NCBI GenBank assembly: GCA_951406725.2
Contig: OX597817.1
Coordinates: forward strand, 140,306,001 to 140,370,000
Reading direction: 5' to 3'
Length of the DNA: 64,000 bases
Source of the DNA: Octopus vulgaris
Lineage: Eukaryota
Below are positions 39,053 through 53,685 of the stretch, piece by piece (position 1 is the stretch's first letter; every line of letters starts with the position of its first letter). Position numbers and translations under genes: made by a program. A model generated the notes under the pieces. That model worked only from the letters and a program-made list of their open reading frames with translations. It searched no databases and was not told where the DNA came from.

Positions 39053-41047
39053 TACCTTCTTTTAGGGCAGTAACACATTTAATATTAAGAGAGGGCAGGA
39101 TGGGATGCTTGCGACAAATTCAAAATGTAAAGCAGCAGTGTTTTGTGTTTGGATACCACAGGATATAGTCCCAATTAATGCAGGTAAAGACACCACCATT
39201 AACATAATAAAGCATTTAATAAAATGTGACCCCAGTCTCCTGTGCAACCTTCTACTTTCATTGGTCAGGGTTCTATTACCAGTAATTGCAAGTAACAAAT
39301 CCGTATCAATGAAACCTTTGATAAACTATGGCACCTCAATCTGCCAACCCGAATGACATTTTGTAGATTGTCAGGAGTGAAGACTGTGAATGTGAAGTTT
39401 TGTCACATCAAGTTAATGCTGTCTTCTTAATTCCCAGCCTTTTCAGTTTTGATGTCTGACTGAAAATCTGTCAATTCCTTGATAATATTCTTCCTTGTTA
39501 CCAGTAACTTGCTAAGTCACCATTTACTCAAAATAGATGTCACATGTCTCTGTCACCATTCATATGCTTAAGTTCACTGTTCTATCATCCACTGCTAATA
39601 TCCTGTGTAGAGAAGAATGAGGCAGCTTCTGCCATCAGAATGGTTGTTCAAGAAAATGTTCACTTGGCAGCAAGTATTTTGTAATGTTTAATGGGATCAA
39701 TATAAATCGATGATCATTCCATAGAAAAACAAGTTGCACTCCACTCACATCCTTTGCCATTAAGAATTCCCAAATGAAAAGATTTTCTTCGCTACACAAT
39801 GCTAGCAATCACCAATTCCACCCAGCTATTGTGTAAACCTCATATTTGCAACATTACTAAGACTACATTCGTCACACTTGACTTCCTCTTTCCATACAAG
39901 AATTGCTAGAATATTTGGCAACATGTTTGGTTTTAATTGCCAGGCAAAAACGAATGAAAGTTCTTCAGGCTTTTATGAAGAAATCCTTCTTTGATTGGCG
40001 GAAATTATCGCAAAATGGAAATTAATCTCTATTATAGAATTTAAAGAGAGCAACACTTAAATCTCTCTGGATGGTTGGTGCTGATAGCAATTAAATGGAT
40101 TAAATGAGTTGGTAGACTGACAAATCCTTTCTCATATATCTGTATGTGTATCTTTAAGTTCTGGTTTCAAATCGACCCAAAGCCAACCAGTATCTTGCAT
40201 CAGTCTTCATTTAATAAGAATAAATACCAGTAAGAATTTGGGTCAGTCTAACTGTTTCTACTTATTCCCTGTCTTTGAGGCTTTATGTCTACATAGAAAG
40301 TTTGATAATGGGGGAAACTACTAAGAAGGATGGCATATCAGACAGAATGGATTGATAAGGGGCGTGGGTGGGGGTTGATTGGTTCTGTAAGGGGTGATTG
40401 GTATTTTTATGAGAAGCAGTTCAAGGGGAGGACAAGTTTGTCCGGATGAAGAAGTATGGAAGTGTCAGGTTGAGGGTCAGGCTGAAGTCCTGCAAGAAGT
40501 CCTTCATTGAGTAACTTCACTGTATACAAGCTTTTAATGTCGAGAATGAACAGAAGTTGAGAGGGACCAGAACATATATATATAACTATAATTAAGGGTT
40601 TAGCAACAAGTTGTTTTACCACATACTGAAAATTTAGAAATAGCAGCCAAAAGACTGTTATTTCTTTTCACTACAAAATATGACTCCACAGATAACAATA
40701 TTTACCCTATATCTGTAATGATATATATATATATTGCAAGGGAGTGAATCACTCCACTCCAGCTTGACAAGACCGGTAGAGCATTGTTTTTATATATATA
40801 TATATATATATACATGTACATATATATGTATTTATGTATGTACATATGTATGTATATATATGTATATATATACATATATGTGTGTGTGTGTGTGTGTGCG
40901 TGTTGGGTGTAATAATAAATGCAAACCAAATTGTAATATTTTGAAATGTAATAGATATTATATAATAAGAAATGCATCTATTAAGACCGTGCTCAGTTAA
41001 AGCATGAAATGGTTAAACTAAGGAAGATTTACATAATGGATGTATTT

Positions 41048-41082
<35 letters not shown>

Positions 41083-41236
41083 TCATCATCATCATCATTG
41101 TTTAACGCCCGTTTTCCATGCTGGCATGGGTTGGATAGTTTGACTGAGGACCAATGAGCCAGAAGGCTGCACTAGGCTCCAATCTGATCAGGCAAAGTTT
41201 CTACAGCTGGATGGCCTTCCTAATGACAACCACTCC

Positions 41237-41271
<35 letters not shown>

Positions 41272-41294
41272 TATATATACATATATATATATAC

Positions 41295-41411
<117 letters not shown>

Positions 41412-41419
41412 TATATATA

Positions 41420-42273
41420 CGAGGTCTGATCAGTAAGTATCTGGACTATTGCCATAGTAACGAAGCTGAAGCACACAGAATAAAGCCACTTGGCAAACAT
41501 TGACCTTGAACTCTGCTGTGCAGGCACACTAAGTTTTAACATCCTAACTCACTTCCGCTGTTTACAGCAGTGCCTGGAAGGAAGGTATGTAGTGTATGAT
41601 TGTTGCATTGACCATGACAGAGAAAGTTGTCATGGCAATGCCTGCCCAGAGGCCTACACAAAGTTGCAGAAAGTGTACATAGAGGAGTGTATGAGCTGCG
41701 CAGAAGTGTACGAGTGTTTCAAACGTTTCCATGCTGGCCGAAAAAATGTCAATATTAATAAATGTTCTGGGAGACCTACAATGAGCAGAACTGAGAAAAT
41801 CATTGAAGATGTGCGGGTAGCTGTGAGGGAAAACCGTCGAATCACCCTCCGTGAGTTATCAGAGGATGTGCAGATTAGTTACGGTTTAGTTCAGTCCATT
41901 ATCACTGAAGATTTGGGTATGAGACACATGCCTGCCAAATTTGTTCAGTTGCACAAAATCTCATATATTGTGTTGAGAATGATGAAAACTTTGTGAAAAC
42001 TTTGCATAGGCCTCTTAGCACATATCACCAAGCTGTTGGAAAAATTTGATGCAGATTCTCAGCTTAACTTTCTGTGTTATGTTCAATGTGATGATCATAG
42101 AGTACACATCTTCCTTCCAAGCACTGCTGTAAATAGCAGAAGTAAGCAAAATATTAAAACTTAGTGCACATGCATGGCAGAGTTCAATGTCAATCTGTGC
42201 CAAGCAGCTTCACTCTCTGTAAATTAGCTTTGTTACTATGGCAACAGTCCAGATACTTACTGATCAGGCCTTG
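41420..42273. mobile_element. Mariner derivative built from two inverted 5' ends
   Basis: TA-flanked C(G/A)AGG(T/C)CTGATCAGTAAGTATCTGGACT termini; left arm encodes the HTH region (EVYECFKRF..G...SGRP..S, RRITLREL, LGMR...AKFV); right arm on the minus strand encodes LRICIKFFQQLG. Confidence 0.9.
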
Positions 42274-42279
42274 TATATG

Positions 42280-42334
<55 letters not shown>

Positions 42335-42409
42335 TATATTATATGTAATTTTTTAGATGGTGTAATTTAATTGTTCATTTTGAATTGATAAAAGGTGGGT
42401 TTTTTTCTA

Positions 42410-42459
<50 letters not shown>

Positions 42460-42741
42460 GTGCATGTGCATACACACACACACACCCACACATATATATG
42501 TACTTGTGCATACACACATATACGCACATACATACATATGCACATCCACATATATTTCATGACATATCAAAGCCAGCATTGTATGTTGCAATACACTATT
42601 GGATAAATATGTTATCACATGTATTTTAACTCTTTGAATATCATTCCATTGATGACCATCCTTTATTGAAATTTATCCAAACAAAAAAATCTCCCGGCTT
42701 ACTTTAAGCTAATTAAAAAAAAAAATAATAATAATGAAATT

Positions 42742-42827
42742 ATTGTATACAGTGCCCAGGTGCACCACAACTTGTCAAAAGTGCATATAAAGTATATGCA
42801 GTAATGTACAAATGTCTGGAAAGCGAA
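42742..42827 (-). mobile_element. CR1-group LINE 3' UTR tip
   Basis: Reverse complement of ~10331-10417. Confidence 0.85.
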
Positions 42828-42889
42828 GCGATTTGTACATTACTGCATATACTTTGGATGGTAATGCATGGAATGGTATTGAAAGAGTT

Positions 42890-43278
42890 GTGGAGGCGCA
42901 ATGGACCAGTGGTTAGGGCAGCGGACTCGTGGTCATAGGATCGTGGTTTCGATTCCCAGACCGGGCGTTGTGAGTGTTTATTGAGCGAATACACCTAAAA
43001 GTTCCACGAGGCTCCGGCAGGGGATGGTGGTGATCCCTGCTGTACTCTTTCACCACAACTTTCTCTCACTCTTACTTCCTGTTTCTGTTGTACCTGTATT
43101 TCAAAGGACTGGCCTTGTCACTCTCTGTGTCACGCTGAATATCCCCGAGAACTACGTTAAGGGTACACGTGTCTGTGGAGTGCTCAGCCACTTACACGTT
43201 AATTTCATGAGCAGGCTGTTCCGTTGATTCGGATCAACCGGAACCCTCATCGTCGTAACCGACGGAGTGCTTCCATCC
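42890..43278 (+). mobile_element. Full-length tRNA(Arg)-like SINE, family D (possibly octopus OR-type)
   Basis: A box tggaccagtgg, B box ggtttcgattccc, TCG at the anticodon position; perfect 12-bp TSD ATTGAAAGAGTT (42878-42889, 43279-43290). Confidence 0.9.
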
Positions 43279-44646
43279 ATTGAAAGAGTTAAAATACACA
43301 TGATAACATATGTACCAAACACCAGCTTAATTCATTATTTTAAAAATTTGATGCAAAAAAACAGTGCACTTCCACAGAAATATGATAACAAAAGGGTTAA
43401 AATGAATTAAAACCTTCCATCAAAATGTCTTCTTGATTTATGTTAGAATCCCCCAATCACCTGTGGAATAATGACAAAGTTATTTAACGGAATTCTTTAT
43501 TATTTTCAAAATTAATTCAAACAAAAAGCAGTTTATTTCAATACAAATAGAGTAACAAAGGGTTAAAGTGATGAAAATTAATGCCTTCTTTCAAAATTTA
43601 ATGTTAATTTATGTTCTGAACACTGGCTTGATAATGACCAATTCTTCATTATTAGAAATTAATTGAAGCAATAGGAGAGGATGTCAACAGAAATATGGTA
43701 ACAAAAATATTAACAGGATTCTCCATGTTGGCTGTTTGTAAATATATTTTCTCATTCTCCGCTTCCATCCAGAGCCATTTATCATTGTCTTTCAGTTTTC
43801 ATCTCACTTCTTTTGACTTTCTCTTATCTCATTAAAGTTCCTCTTTCACTTGATTCTTTGACTCCAATTATTTTGCCATTCCTATCTCATCTATTTTCCT
43901 TATGTCTATACCACTATATTAATCTCAATCACAAGCCAAACCTTAAGCGGTCTTAACTCATTTCAGCACACCCACCTCTCTCTCTCTCTTTCTTTGTTTC
44001 TTTCTCCCCCTCTCTCTCTGTTTCTCTCTCTCACTTTCCCTCCTCCCTCAGCAAGTCGTTGTTACCTCATTTCAGATTTTCCCAAATCATTATCTGCAAG
44101 TGTCACACTGATTATTAATAGAAAGCAGCATCCAATTATTGGCCAAAATTTTGGCAGATGCTTTTAAACTTGCCAAACCTATGAAACATTAGTTCCTCTG
44201 TTTAAACGAAGCACACCTACTGATGTTCTCACCTGGTTAACAAAATATGTTATTTCAAAGGAAGCTCTCTGCTCAAAGTGTTAGGTTGTAAATACAGAAT
44301 GACAAAGTAGCAATTCGCTAGTCTACAAGAATTTGCTAGCTAATTGAGATGCTGTACAATCTCACACCCTCTCTTTCTCTCTCCTTCCTCTCTCTCTCTC
44401 CTTCCTCTCTCTTCTATGATTTGGATAGACAGTATTCCTGTTTCTACACTAAGCAGAGCAGTTTAACCTTTTCTATCATTATTCCTTTCTCCTTTCACAT
44501 ATTACAGTCACCGGATTGTGGCCATGCTGGGGCACCAAACTTATTCTTTTTAGGATTGATACTTAATCTATCATCCTCTATTCCCAAACTGCTAAGTTAT
44601 AGGGATGTGAACAAAGTAGCACTGGCTGTCATGAGGTTGGAAATGA

Positions 44647-44677
<31 letters not shown>

Positions 44678-47439
44678 TGATTTAGTTATAAAGATTAAAT
44701 AGAAACTGGGCGTGTTAACCCACATGAAGTCAGAAATGGTCAGGTATGGTAACATGGAGTTGATAGTAAGAATCATGTACTGGAAGGATACTGCAGGTAG
44801 ATAAGAACCAAATCCAATTTAAACAATAAATCCAAATCTTGGGTTGGTTCCAGGTATGACACAAGTAAACAAAGAACACAAACAATGTTTAAAATTTATT
44901 ACAGCTGCTTCAGTAGAATATTGTTGACGTAATCTATGAATACATCTGTAAGATTCCACAAAAACATCTTCAGTAAATTTATGACTTCATTTGTGTTCTC
45001 TCTTATACAAGCTAAGTAAAATTGTGGCCATCCACCCATACATGGCTATGTCCTCTACACCATTCTCTCAGCTGAGAGGTCCTTCTCTGGAGGGCTCACA
45101 GTTACTGGTGTCATATAAAAAACACTTATGTCAACGCCATCCTACCGATTCCATGCAAAAGTGCCCCTGCCAGTGTCAGGTAAAAGTGTCTGTGCTCATG
45201 TCAGGTAAAAACTACCCAGTCCACCCTGTGAAGTGATTGGTGTTAGGAAGGCATCCAGCTGTAGAAGCCATTTCAAGATAGACAAATTGGAATCTAGGTA
45301 ACTTCCCATCTGGCCAGCTCCTATGAAACCGACCAACCCATGCAGTATGGAAAGCAGACATTGAACGATGATGATGATGATGATGATGATGATAGATATA
45401 TGTAACAGACTTCCACACAATTTCCATTCATAAGATTCACTCACAAGGCATTGGTCAGCCTAGGCCTATTGTAAAAGACACTTTCCCAAAGTGCTATACA
45501 GTAGGACAGAACTTGAAACTACATGGTTGAGAAACAAACTCCTTAAGCACACAGCCCCACCTGCACCTCACTGTCCACTTAAATTTATAGAATCCTTTTC
45601 ATTTATTCTTTCTTCAAATAGTTTCCCTAAAATATTTATTGTGAAAGAAATATTCTATAGACTTAAATTCAAGGACAACATGTCTTGAAGGCAGGCAAAC
45701 CATGTTGTGATTCCAATGGATCAAAAGGATTGTCTCTTTAAACATTTCTGGCATTCAAGGTATCTTACAGAACACTTCTGACTGGTAAATCAATAAAGTC
45801 CATGAAACAGGGGGAGATGACATTTTCTGTTTGTAACTGTAGCACTGGGGAAGATTTCACAGGCAAGTTGTTTAACCCCAAATCAGCATTCATTGAGGAA
45901 AGTTTGAACTAAAAGCTTTCCAATCTTTTCAAGAACATTTAGAACTTTCTTATATGAGAGAGCTTCTAAAGGGGTTTTCTGCCAGCTAGAAACTGCAGTG
46001 AGATCTCCATTGCTAAGTTTCTGACATTTAGAGAAAAAAGATGAGACAGTCATGGCTGAAATGTCTTTTGATCAAAGCAGACCCGACCTGGTGTTAGACA
46101 ACAAGGATTACTTTAGAATCCCCTTAATTACCACCACCACCACCACCACCACTACTTGCTGTTCTTAAAAACTGAGCTCAGTATATTGGCAGCTCCTAGT
46201 TCTTTTCATATTTGTTGTAGATGAAGGAACTGTAATGTTTAACAGGTTTTCACAGAAGAAAGATCTGGTTGATGTTTAACTTAGAAAGTGTACAACTATG
46301 TTAAGATGAGGTGGGGCCCATGGGGCAGAGGGCAGTGGTGCTTAAACATCACGAACCCCATTCTTCTTTCTCATTAGTAATTATTGTCAAAATATTTATA
46401 CAAACATTTATTGATTGGTTTCAATCTATCATGTCTTTAAACTTATTTTGTAATTTCTATTTGGCTGGTAATTAAAACCTGTAATTATTGTCTTGTTTAT
46501 CATGTTCTCCTGTCCCACCTCTCACTTCATATCTTTCTGCATATTAGAGATTCCAGTTTTAATGTTATTCCAATATTTATCTTGTCTGTTCTTCAATTGA
46601 TTTGCTGTGTTTAGCAACATCTCTCGGAAATCACTTCCAGTTGGTAATGGATCCTCTTCCAGAAGCACTGTTGTCTTGTTAGCTTGTGGCATCACTTTCT
46701 CAACTAATCTATATGAAAGGCCTCTTCGCCATAGCTGATGGAATTTCAAAATACCATCTTTGTTGACGTTGATCCTTCAAATTGTTATCTTTATACACAA
46801 CGTGTATCATATATCATATCTTCCTTCATTCTTTGGTAAACAAGGAATATTATGACCGTCGCTGTGTTTGAACTGTCGACCTTCAGTTTTACAATCCAAC
46901 GTTATCTCTTCAACCACTGTACCCAGGATTAATATTTACTGATGGAAAAGTGAATCACAAACGACATTAAACCCACTAAATGTAATTACTTTCGACCCCT
47001 GCCAGCTTCAATAACCAACTTTTCCCACAATGTGCCACTTGTATGTTGATTTCCAACATTGGCACAGGGTCAGGCATTTTTAGTAGAGCGGGGGTGGGAA
47101 TGTGTTGTCGATTAAATCAACGCAGCACTTAACCAGCGCTTTGTTTTATCGATCAGGGATGGCGAACAAAGATCATTTTGGTAAGGTTTGAAGTTCAGAA
47201 CATAAACAGCTGCAACGAAATACCCCAAGACATTTCCACTGATGCTTTACCAATTCTTTCAATCCATTATGCTTGCAACACTGACATATTAACACGAAAC
47301 ATGTATATCACATATTAATATATTATCGTACTGCAGGCATTACATATTGCATATTGCATAAATTTGGCACAAATTAAACAGACGAACATTAAACTGGTTG
47401 AGAATACATCACAAGACTAAAGGCAGCTGGGTTTCTTCA

Positions 47440-47933
47440 CATACATACATACATACATACATACATACATACATACATACATACATAAGTACGTACGTAC
47501 GTACGTACACACACACACACACACATACATACATACGTACGTACGTACGTATACATACATACATACATACATACATAAGTACGTACGTACGTACGTACAT
47601 ACAAACACATACATACCTATACGTACGTATACATACATACACACATACATATATACATACACACATACATACATACATACATACATACATACATACATAC
47701 ATACATACATACATACGTACGTACGTACGTACGTACATACATACATACATACATACAAACACACATACATGCATACATACACACACATACATACATACAT
47801 ATATACATACATACATACATACATACATATACATACATACGTACATACAAACACACATACATGCATGCATGCATACATAAATGCATGCATACACACACAC
47901 ACACATACATACATACATACATACATACATACA

Positions 47934-47964
<31 letters not shown>

Positions 47965-47975
47965 GTACGTATGTA
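47440..47975. repeat. Compound (ACAT)n/(ACGT)n/(AC)n microsatellite
   Basis: Read directly; source of the MYVC- and HTYI-repeat ORFs. Confidence 0.95.
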
Positions 47976-47984
47976 CGTGTTGTT

Positions 47985-48260
47985 TTTCGTGTTTTATTGA
48001 ATCTCTTCTTAACACAGTTGAAGCCGGTCGCTAACAACGTGACCAGACATTTTAAATTAAGAGAATTCTCGGTGTTTGTGAATATGTGGTTGAGTGGTTG
48101 TATTGTTGGAGACGTCAATGCACACGCACGATTGTGTTCATTTATTCGCTTAAAGAGTCTCAGTCGCAGAACTTTCGGAATGTTTCAGAAATCTTCCCGC
48201 TGCCTCTAATACATTGGATTTGGTGATTCCGCACAAAGGTTCTTTTGCTCTATTTTCGAA
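47985..48260 (-). pseudogene. Degraded PLE GIY-YIG-region fragment
   Basis: Traces ETL..R.NEH.R, NH and LLA...N..KR. Confidence 0.35.
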
Positions 48261-48329
48261 ATTCCTAGCATTTCTCGGTTTTTGTGTGAATATGTAGAAG
48301 CCTAATGCACATGTGATGACAGGTACAAA

Positions 48330-48399
<70 letters not shown>

Positions 48400-49557
48400 A
48401 GTGAGTGAGTGTGTGTATGCACACATGCGTGTGTGTAAAATATTTGTGAGAAATCTACACACTAAGCTAATGGGTTTTCTTATCTAGAAATCAAAAAGCT
48501 AGTGGAAAAACTGAAGCTAGATGGCTGGGCACCTTCAACCTTTTCAATATAAGTTGTGCTTATAAATAAGGGGGTTTCTGTTAAGGTTGAATGCATAAAA
48601 GAAAAACACTGACAGTACACAAGAAAAGGAACAATTTTTGGAAACCTAGAAGTGAAACTGGAAGTAATACAGCGAAGGAATTCTTTAATGTAATGGATTA
48701 CCATTTTCCAACGGGAGATTAAAAAAAGAGATATAATAAAAGATATTAAAAAATATATATAATAAACTAGTGAGTAGGCAGTGTGTAAAGGTTTATTCGG
48801 CTTATAAGAATTTCGGTTTTTATATCAGAGGTTATAATGCTGCAAAGTAGAACGAAAACGATTGAGAAACAGTTGGCCAGCGTTGATCATACTAACTCAG
48901 AATTCATGCTAATTACCTATGGATGGTAACTGTTTATAAAGTAAAAACAAACAACAAAGATGAACCTGAAATATATATTGAAGCAATTAAATTGATGTAA
49001 AAAAAATCGATTTTATAAGCACAAGCATTTATTTGTCAACCACGATGAAAGAAAATTGCGCTGGAATAGTGGTTAAGGCATAAACACCAGAATTGACACT
49101 TGAAATCAAAAATGCAACTGCGAGCTTTGTTTGAGCGAAAATTTAAGAATTTTGTTTAAAGACAATAACAGTTTCAACAAAAAAGCAGAGTTGTTAGTTT
49201 GCAACAATCAGCTTCCTTAACATTCGATCTCGCTCGGGGAGTAAAAGAGTCGGTTTCGAATTCTTTTTTCCAAAATTGCTTTTTAAAATGTTGTTCAAAC
49301 AACCACGCAATTTCATAAGAACACGTTTTAGAGTGATCTCCTTTGTACGAGGTTTAAGAGCCTGTAGTTTTCCAGCGAGAAGCAGTAACGAAATAAAAAA
49401 ACATGTGGCTGAAACAGCTGTTTTTGCACATGTAGCTCGCACGATTTTTTTGTTTTTAAGATAAGCGTTTTCTTGATAACTTCTGTATAATATTTACGGA
49501 GATGTACTTGCATAGCGAGTGACTTGATCTGAGATCGTGTGCTGGAACGAAAACAAG

Positions 49558-49779
49558 TGCAGCGTGGAAGGTGTTTATAAGCCATTTAAGAAACACACAA
49601 AAACCGTTAGTTTCACTTCAACATTTAATTTGTCAAAATATTTTCGTCGCTTTGAGACCGCGACCTGTTCACTGTTCAAGCGAAGAAAATATTTTGACAA
49701 ATTAAATTTAAATGTTGAAGTGAATCTAACGGTTTTTGTGTGTTTCTTAAATGGCTTATAAATGGCTTATAAACGCTGC
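49558..49779. repeat. Near-perfect inverted repeat (~80-bp arms, ~25-nt spacer) at the end of a degraded PLE-like segment
   Basis: 49574-49652 is the reverse complement of 49678-49762. Confidence 0.9.
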
Positions 49780-50535
49780 AATTGTTTTCTGTATAATATT
49801 TCAAAATATATTCAAGCAACGTCTAATTCAATGCAAAAACAGACTCGGAAATTGTGAGCCTTTCAGTTATGATGTATCGAAAATACTCTACATTTAAGTT
49901 TGGCACAAAGCCAGCAATTTCATAGGTGGGGGGGGGGGGGGATAAGTCGATTATATCGACCCCAGTATTCAACTGCTACTTATTCTAGCGACCTCGAAAA
50001 GACGAATGGCAAAGTGGGCCTCAGTGGAATTTTGAACTCAGAATGTAAAGACGTACGAAATACCGTTGAGCATTATTGCCTGGCGTGCTAACGGTTACAG
50101 GTCACAATATTTAGATATAGAAGTCGACTTTGCTTTTCATCCTTTCGCGATAGATAAAATAAGTACCAGTTGCATACTGGGTTCAATGTAATGGACTTAT
50201 CCCCTTCCCCAAACGTGCTGGCCTTGTGCTAGAATTTGAAAGCAATATTGAAATGTAGAGAAGGGCTGTGAGTTGTCAGAAAGGTTTGCACGTTGGACGA
50301 AATACTTAGCGACACTTCGCCCGTCTTTACGTTCCCAGTTCGAATCCCACTGAGGTCGGTTTTGCTTTTCATCGTTTTTATAAACGAGCTTGTTTCCCAA
50401 CCATATTATTCTGAGTTCTGTCCTACTGCGTGGCAACTTGGGTAATTGTCTTCTACTATTGACTCGGACTGACCAAAGCTTTGTGAGTGGATTTGGTAGA
50501 CGGAAACTTAAAGAAGCCCGTCGTGTTATGTTATG

Positions 50536-50636
<101 letters not shown>

Positions 50637-50864
50637 CTTGTGTGTCTGTGTTTGTCCTACCACCATCGCTTGGCAATCGATGTTGGTGTGTTCACGTCCT
50701 CGTAACTTAGCGGTCCGGCAAAAGGGACCGATAGGATAAGTACTAGGCTTACAAAGAATAACTCCTGGGGTCGATTTGTTTGACTAAAGGTGGTGCTCCA
50801 GCATGGTCGCAGTCAAGTGACTGAAAGAAGTAAAAGAGTAAGAGTAAAAGAGTATACACACACA

Positions 50865-50865
50865 T

Positions 50866-50941
<76 letters not shown>

Positions 50942-50946
50942 GATAT

Positions 50947-51017
<71 letters not shown>
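50865..51017. repeat. (GATA)n microsatellite
   Basis: Read directly. Confidence 0.97.
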
Positions 51018-51018
<1 letters not shown>

Positions 51019-52312
51019 TGTATGTATGCATTTATTTGTCTCTTTCCATGCAGGCATGGGTTGGACGGATGACTTAGGGTTGGTACCAGTTTATTCATTG
51101 ACGAACCGCCTTGTTTGATGGTTCAGAGCTTTACGTTTGGCTCATACGTCTCATTTTTTGACATGGTCTTTTTATAACTGGATGCCCTTCCTAAGAACAA
51201 CCATTTTAAAGTGTGCATTGCTTTTTTTACAAATATTTTATATTATGATATCCAAAATTAAGAACTTGTCATTCCTCAACAATACTAAAAAGTGGTCTCC
51301 ATTACATTATGGAGTGAGGGTTAGGGTTAGGGTTAGGATCTCACTGGGGGGCGATGTGATCGACAAATTTCCTCCTCAAATGAAAATGCTGGTTTTGTGC
51401 CATTATTCGAAACCGTTTATTATTATTATTATTATTGTTGTTGTTGTTATGAAGAGGGTGTTGTATTGGCTGAAAGTTTTGAGCGACGGAGAAATATATA
51501 TCTTGTGGTATTCTGGTTGCTTATGTTTCGAGTTCAAACCACGCTGAGGTCATCTATGCCTTTCGTTCAAACTAGTTGATGCTGTGGAATTGAAGGCATC
51601 GATTAAGCTCCCACCGTTTTGTTCTTGATCAATGTATTGGATGAATATTTTAGGGCGCGAGACGAAATTTCATTGCTGTACTTAGTTACGCTTCATTATG
51701 TTCTGAATTCAAATCCTGCTGAGATGAATTTTATTTTCTATCGTCACGTGAGTTGGAGAACGATAAAATTATTTTTATGTCAAGTAATGAGATTGATTTC
51801 ATTGATTGATCCCACCCTGTACCATACACACACACACACAAACACACACATACATACACACACACACACATATATAGATATAAATATACACTGTCAGTAA
51901 TATTTGAAGGAGAAACGATAATTTTAATAATATAAACAGCTGTTCACTTTATTTCAATAAAGTTGAAGTAAGGTTAGCGCTTTTTATAAAACAAGAAATG
52001 GAAAATTGACGAAAACAAAGTGACAGAGAAAGCAAAAGCAAAAATATTTAAGAGCAATAAAAATCTAAAACAAAGCAAACACACACACACACACATACAC
52101 TGAAACACAGACAGATAGACAGACAGACAGACACAAACACACACACTTACGTACAACACAATAGCATTGCGTTCAACCTTCTAAATTTGGAATATCTCTT
52201 TCAGTATCAACACATTCAGAAGTGGAATTAATTTAAACCGAAATGTTCTTTCATTTAAATTATCCCTTTAAATAGAATGGTAATTGCTTCTATTTATTAC
52301 TTTAAATAGAAC

Positions 52313-52364
52313 GATCATCATCACCGTCATCAGCCTCCTCCCCTTCCTCCTCCTCCTCCTCCTC

Positions 52365-52398
<34 letters not shown>

Positions 52399-52551
52399 CC
52401 GTCATCATCATTGTCGTCATCATATTCGTCGTCGTCATCACCATCATCATTCTTCTTCTTCTTCTTCTTCTTCTTCTTCTTCTTCTTCTTCTTCTTCTTC
52501 TTCTTCTTCTTCTTCTTCTTCTTCTTCTTCTTCTTCTTCTTCTCATCATCA

Positions 52552-52586
<35 letters not shown>

Positions 52587-52600
52587 GCTGTTGTTGTTAT
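52313..52600. repeat. Compound (CAT)/(CCT)/(CTT)/(ATT) microsatellite
   Basis: Read directly. Confidence 0.95.
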
Positions 52601-52887
52601 TAGTGTTTTATTCTTCAGTCAGTCTTTTATCTTTTTTTTTGTTGTTTCATCCCTTTTTTATGTCTTATCCAACAATCTTCAAACTTTTCTATCAACGAGA
52701 AAATAAACTTACGCTCTTCCAGTGCAAAAAAACAAAACAAACAAAAACAAACAAAAAAAAAGACAGTTTCATTTTTCTTTTCTAGTTTGAAAGGCTGGCT
52801 CCACATCAAGGAATGAAACGGATGTACATACGTACATACAAACATATGTACATACATACATACATACATACATACAAACATACATAC

Positions 52888-52925
<38 letters not shown>

Positions 52926-53654
52926 GGAAACATAGATACATATATGCATACATACATACGTACAAACATATATATGCATGTGTATATGTATGCATGTGTG
53001 TATGCATATAAATATATACATATTTATATATTCATACTCACACATACACACACCAACACGCACATACATACACACATATGCATATATATGCAGAGAGTGG
53101 GGGAGGGAGAGAGGGAGAAAAGCAAGGAAGGAGGGAGGGAGGGGTAGAGAGAGAGACCAGTCGGACATATTGGTCTTGAATTTGCATTTGTCATACAATT
53201 TTGTCATTTCAGAATTCAGAAAATTCAGAAATTTTAATATCTTTGATCAAATTTTACTCCTGTATAATGGCTATACATTGCGTATCTTTATGCAAGGTAT
53301 ACTTGTATATATGTATATGTGTGTGTATGTATATGTAACAGTTTATATATTATATATATCTTTGAAGTTTATACATGGTGTTTATGTGTTTATATACGTG
53401 TGTATATGTATGAGTTTATATATATATTTATGAATGAGTTTAAAGATATATATGAGTGTGTGTGTGTGTGGGGGGGGGTGTATGTGTGTGTGTTGCGATT
53501 TAAGATTTCGCCAGTTATTCTGCTTGTTATGAGCGGTCTAAGATTTTCAGTCCATCTGTTGATTTTGTTTATGGCAGACATAAAACTCTGACATTTGATA
53601 TTGAAGACAATGAATATATACATGCATGAATACAAACATACATACATACATACA

Positions 53655-53683
<29 letters not shown>

Positions 53684-53685
<2 letters not shown>

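Noticed and set aside
42890-42965. Possible tRNA genes here and at 18759 and 57934
   Set aside because: tRNA-like heads continue into SINE bodies (with a TSD at 42890) and lack a proper acceptor stem
46522-46749. 75-aa ORF with protein-like composition, possible host exon
   Set aside because: No recognisable motif and no convincing splice sites; cannot be assigned without a search
47398-48209. Long ORFs of 130-233 aa (MYVC/HTYI repeats) and similar ORFs across the window
   Set aside because: Stop-free read-through of microsatellites; no domain content
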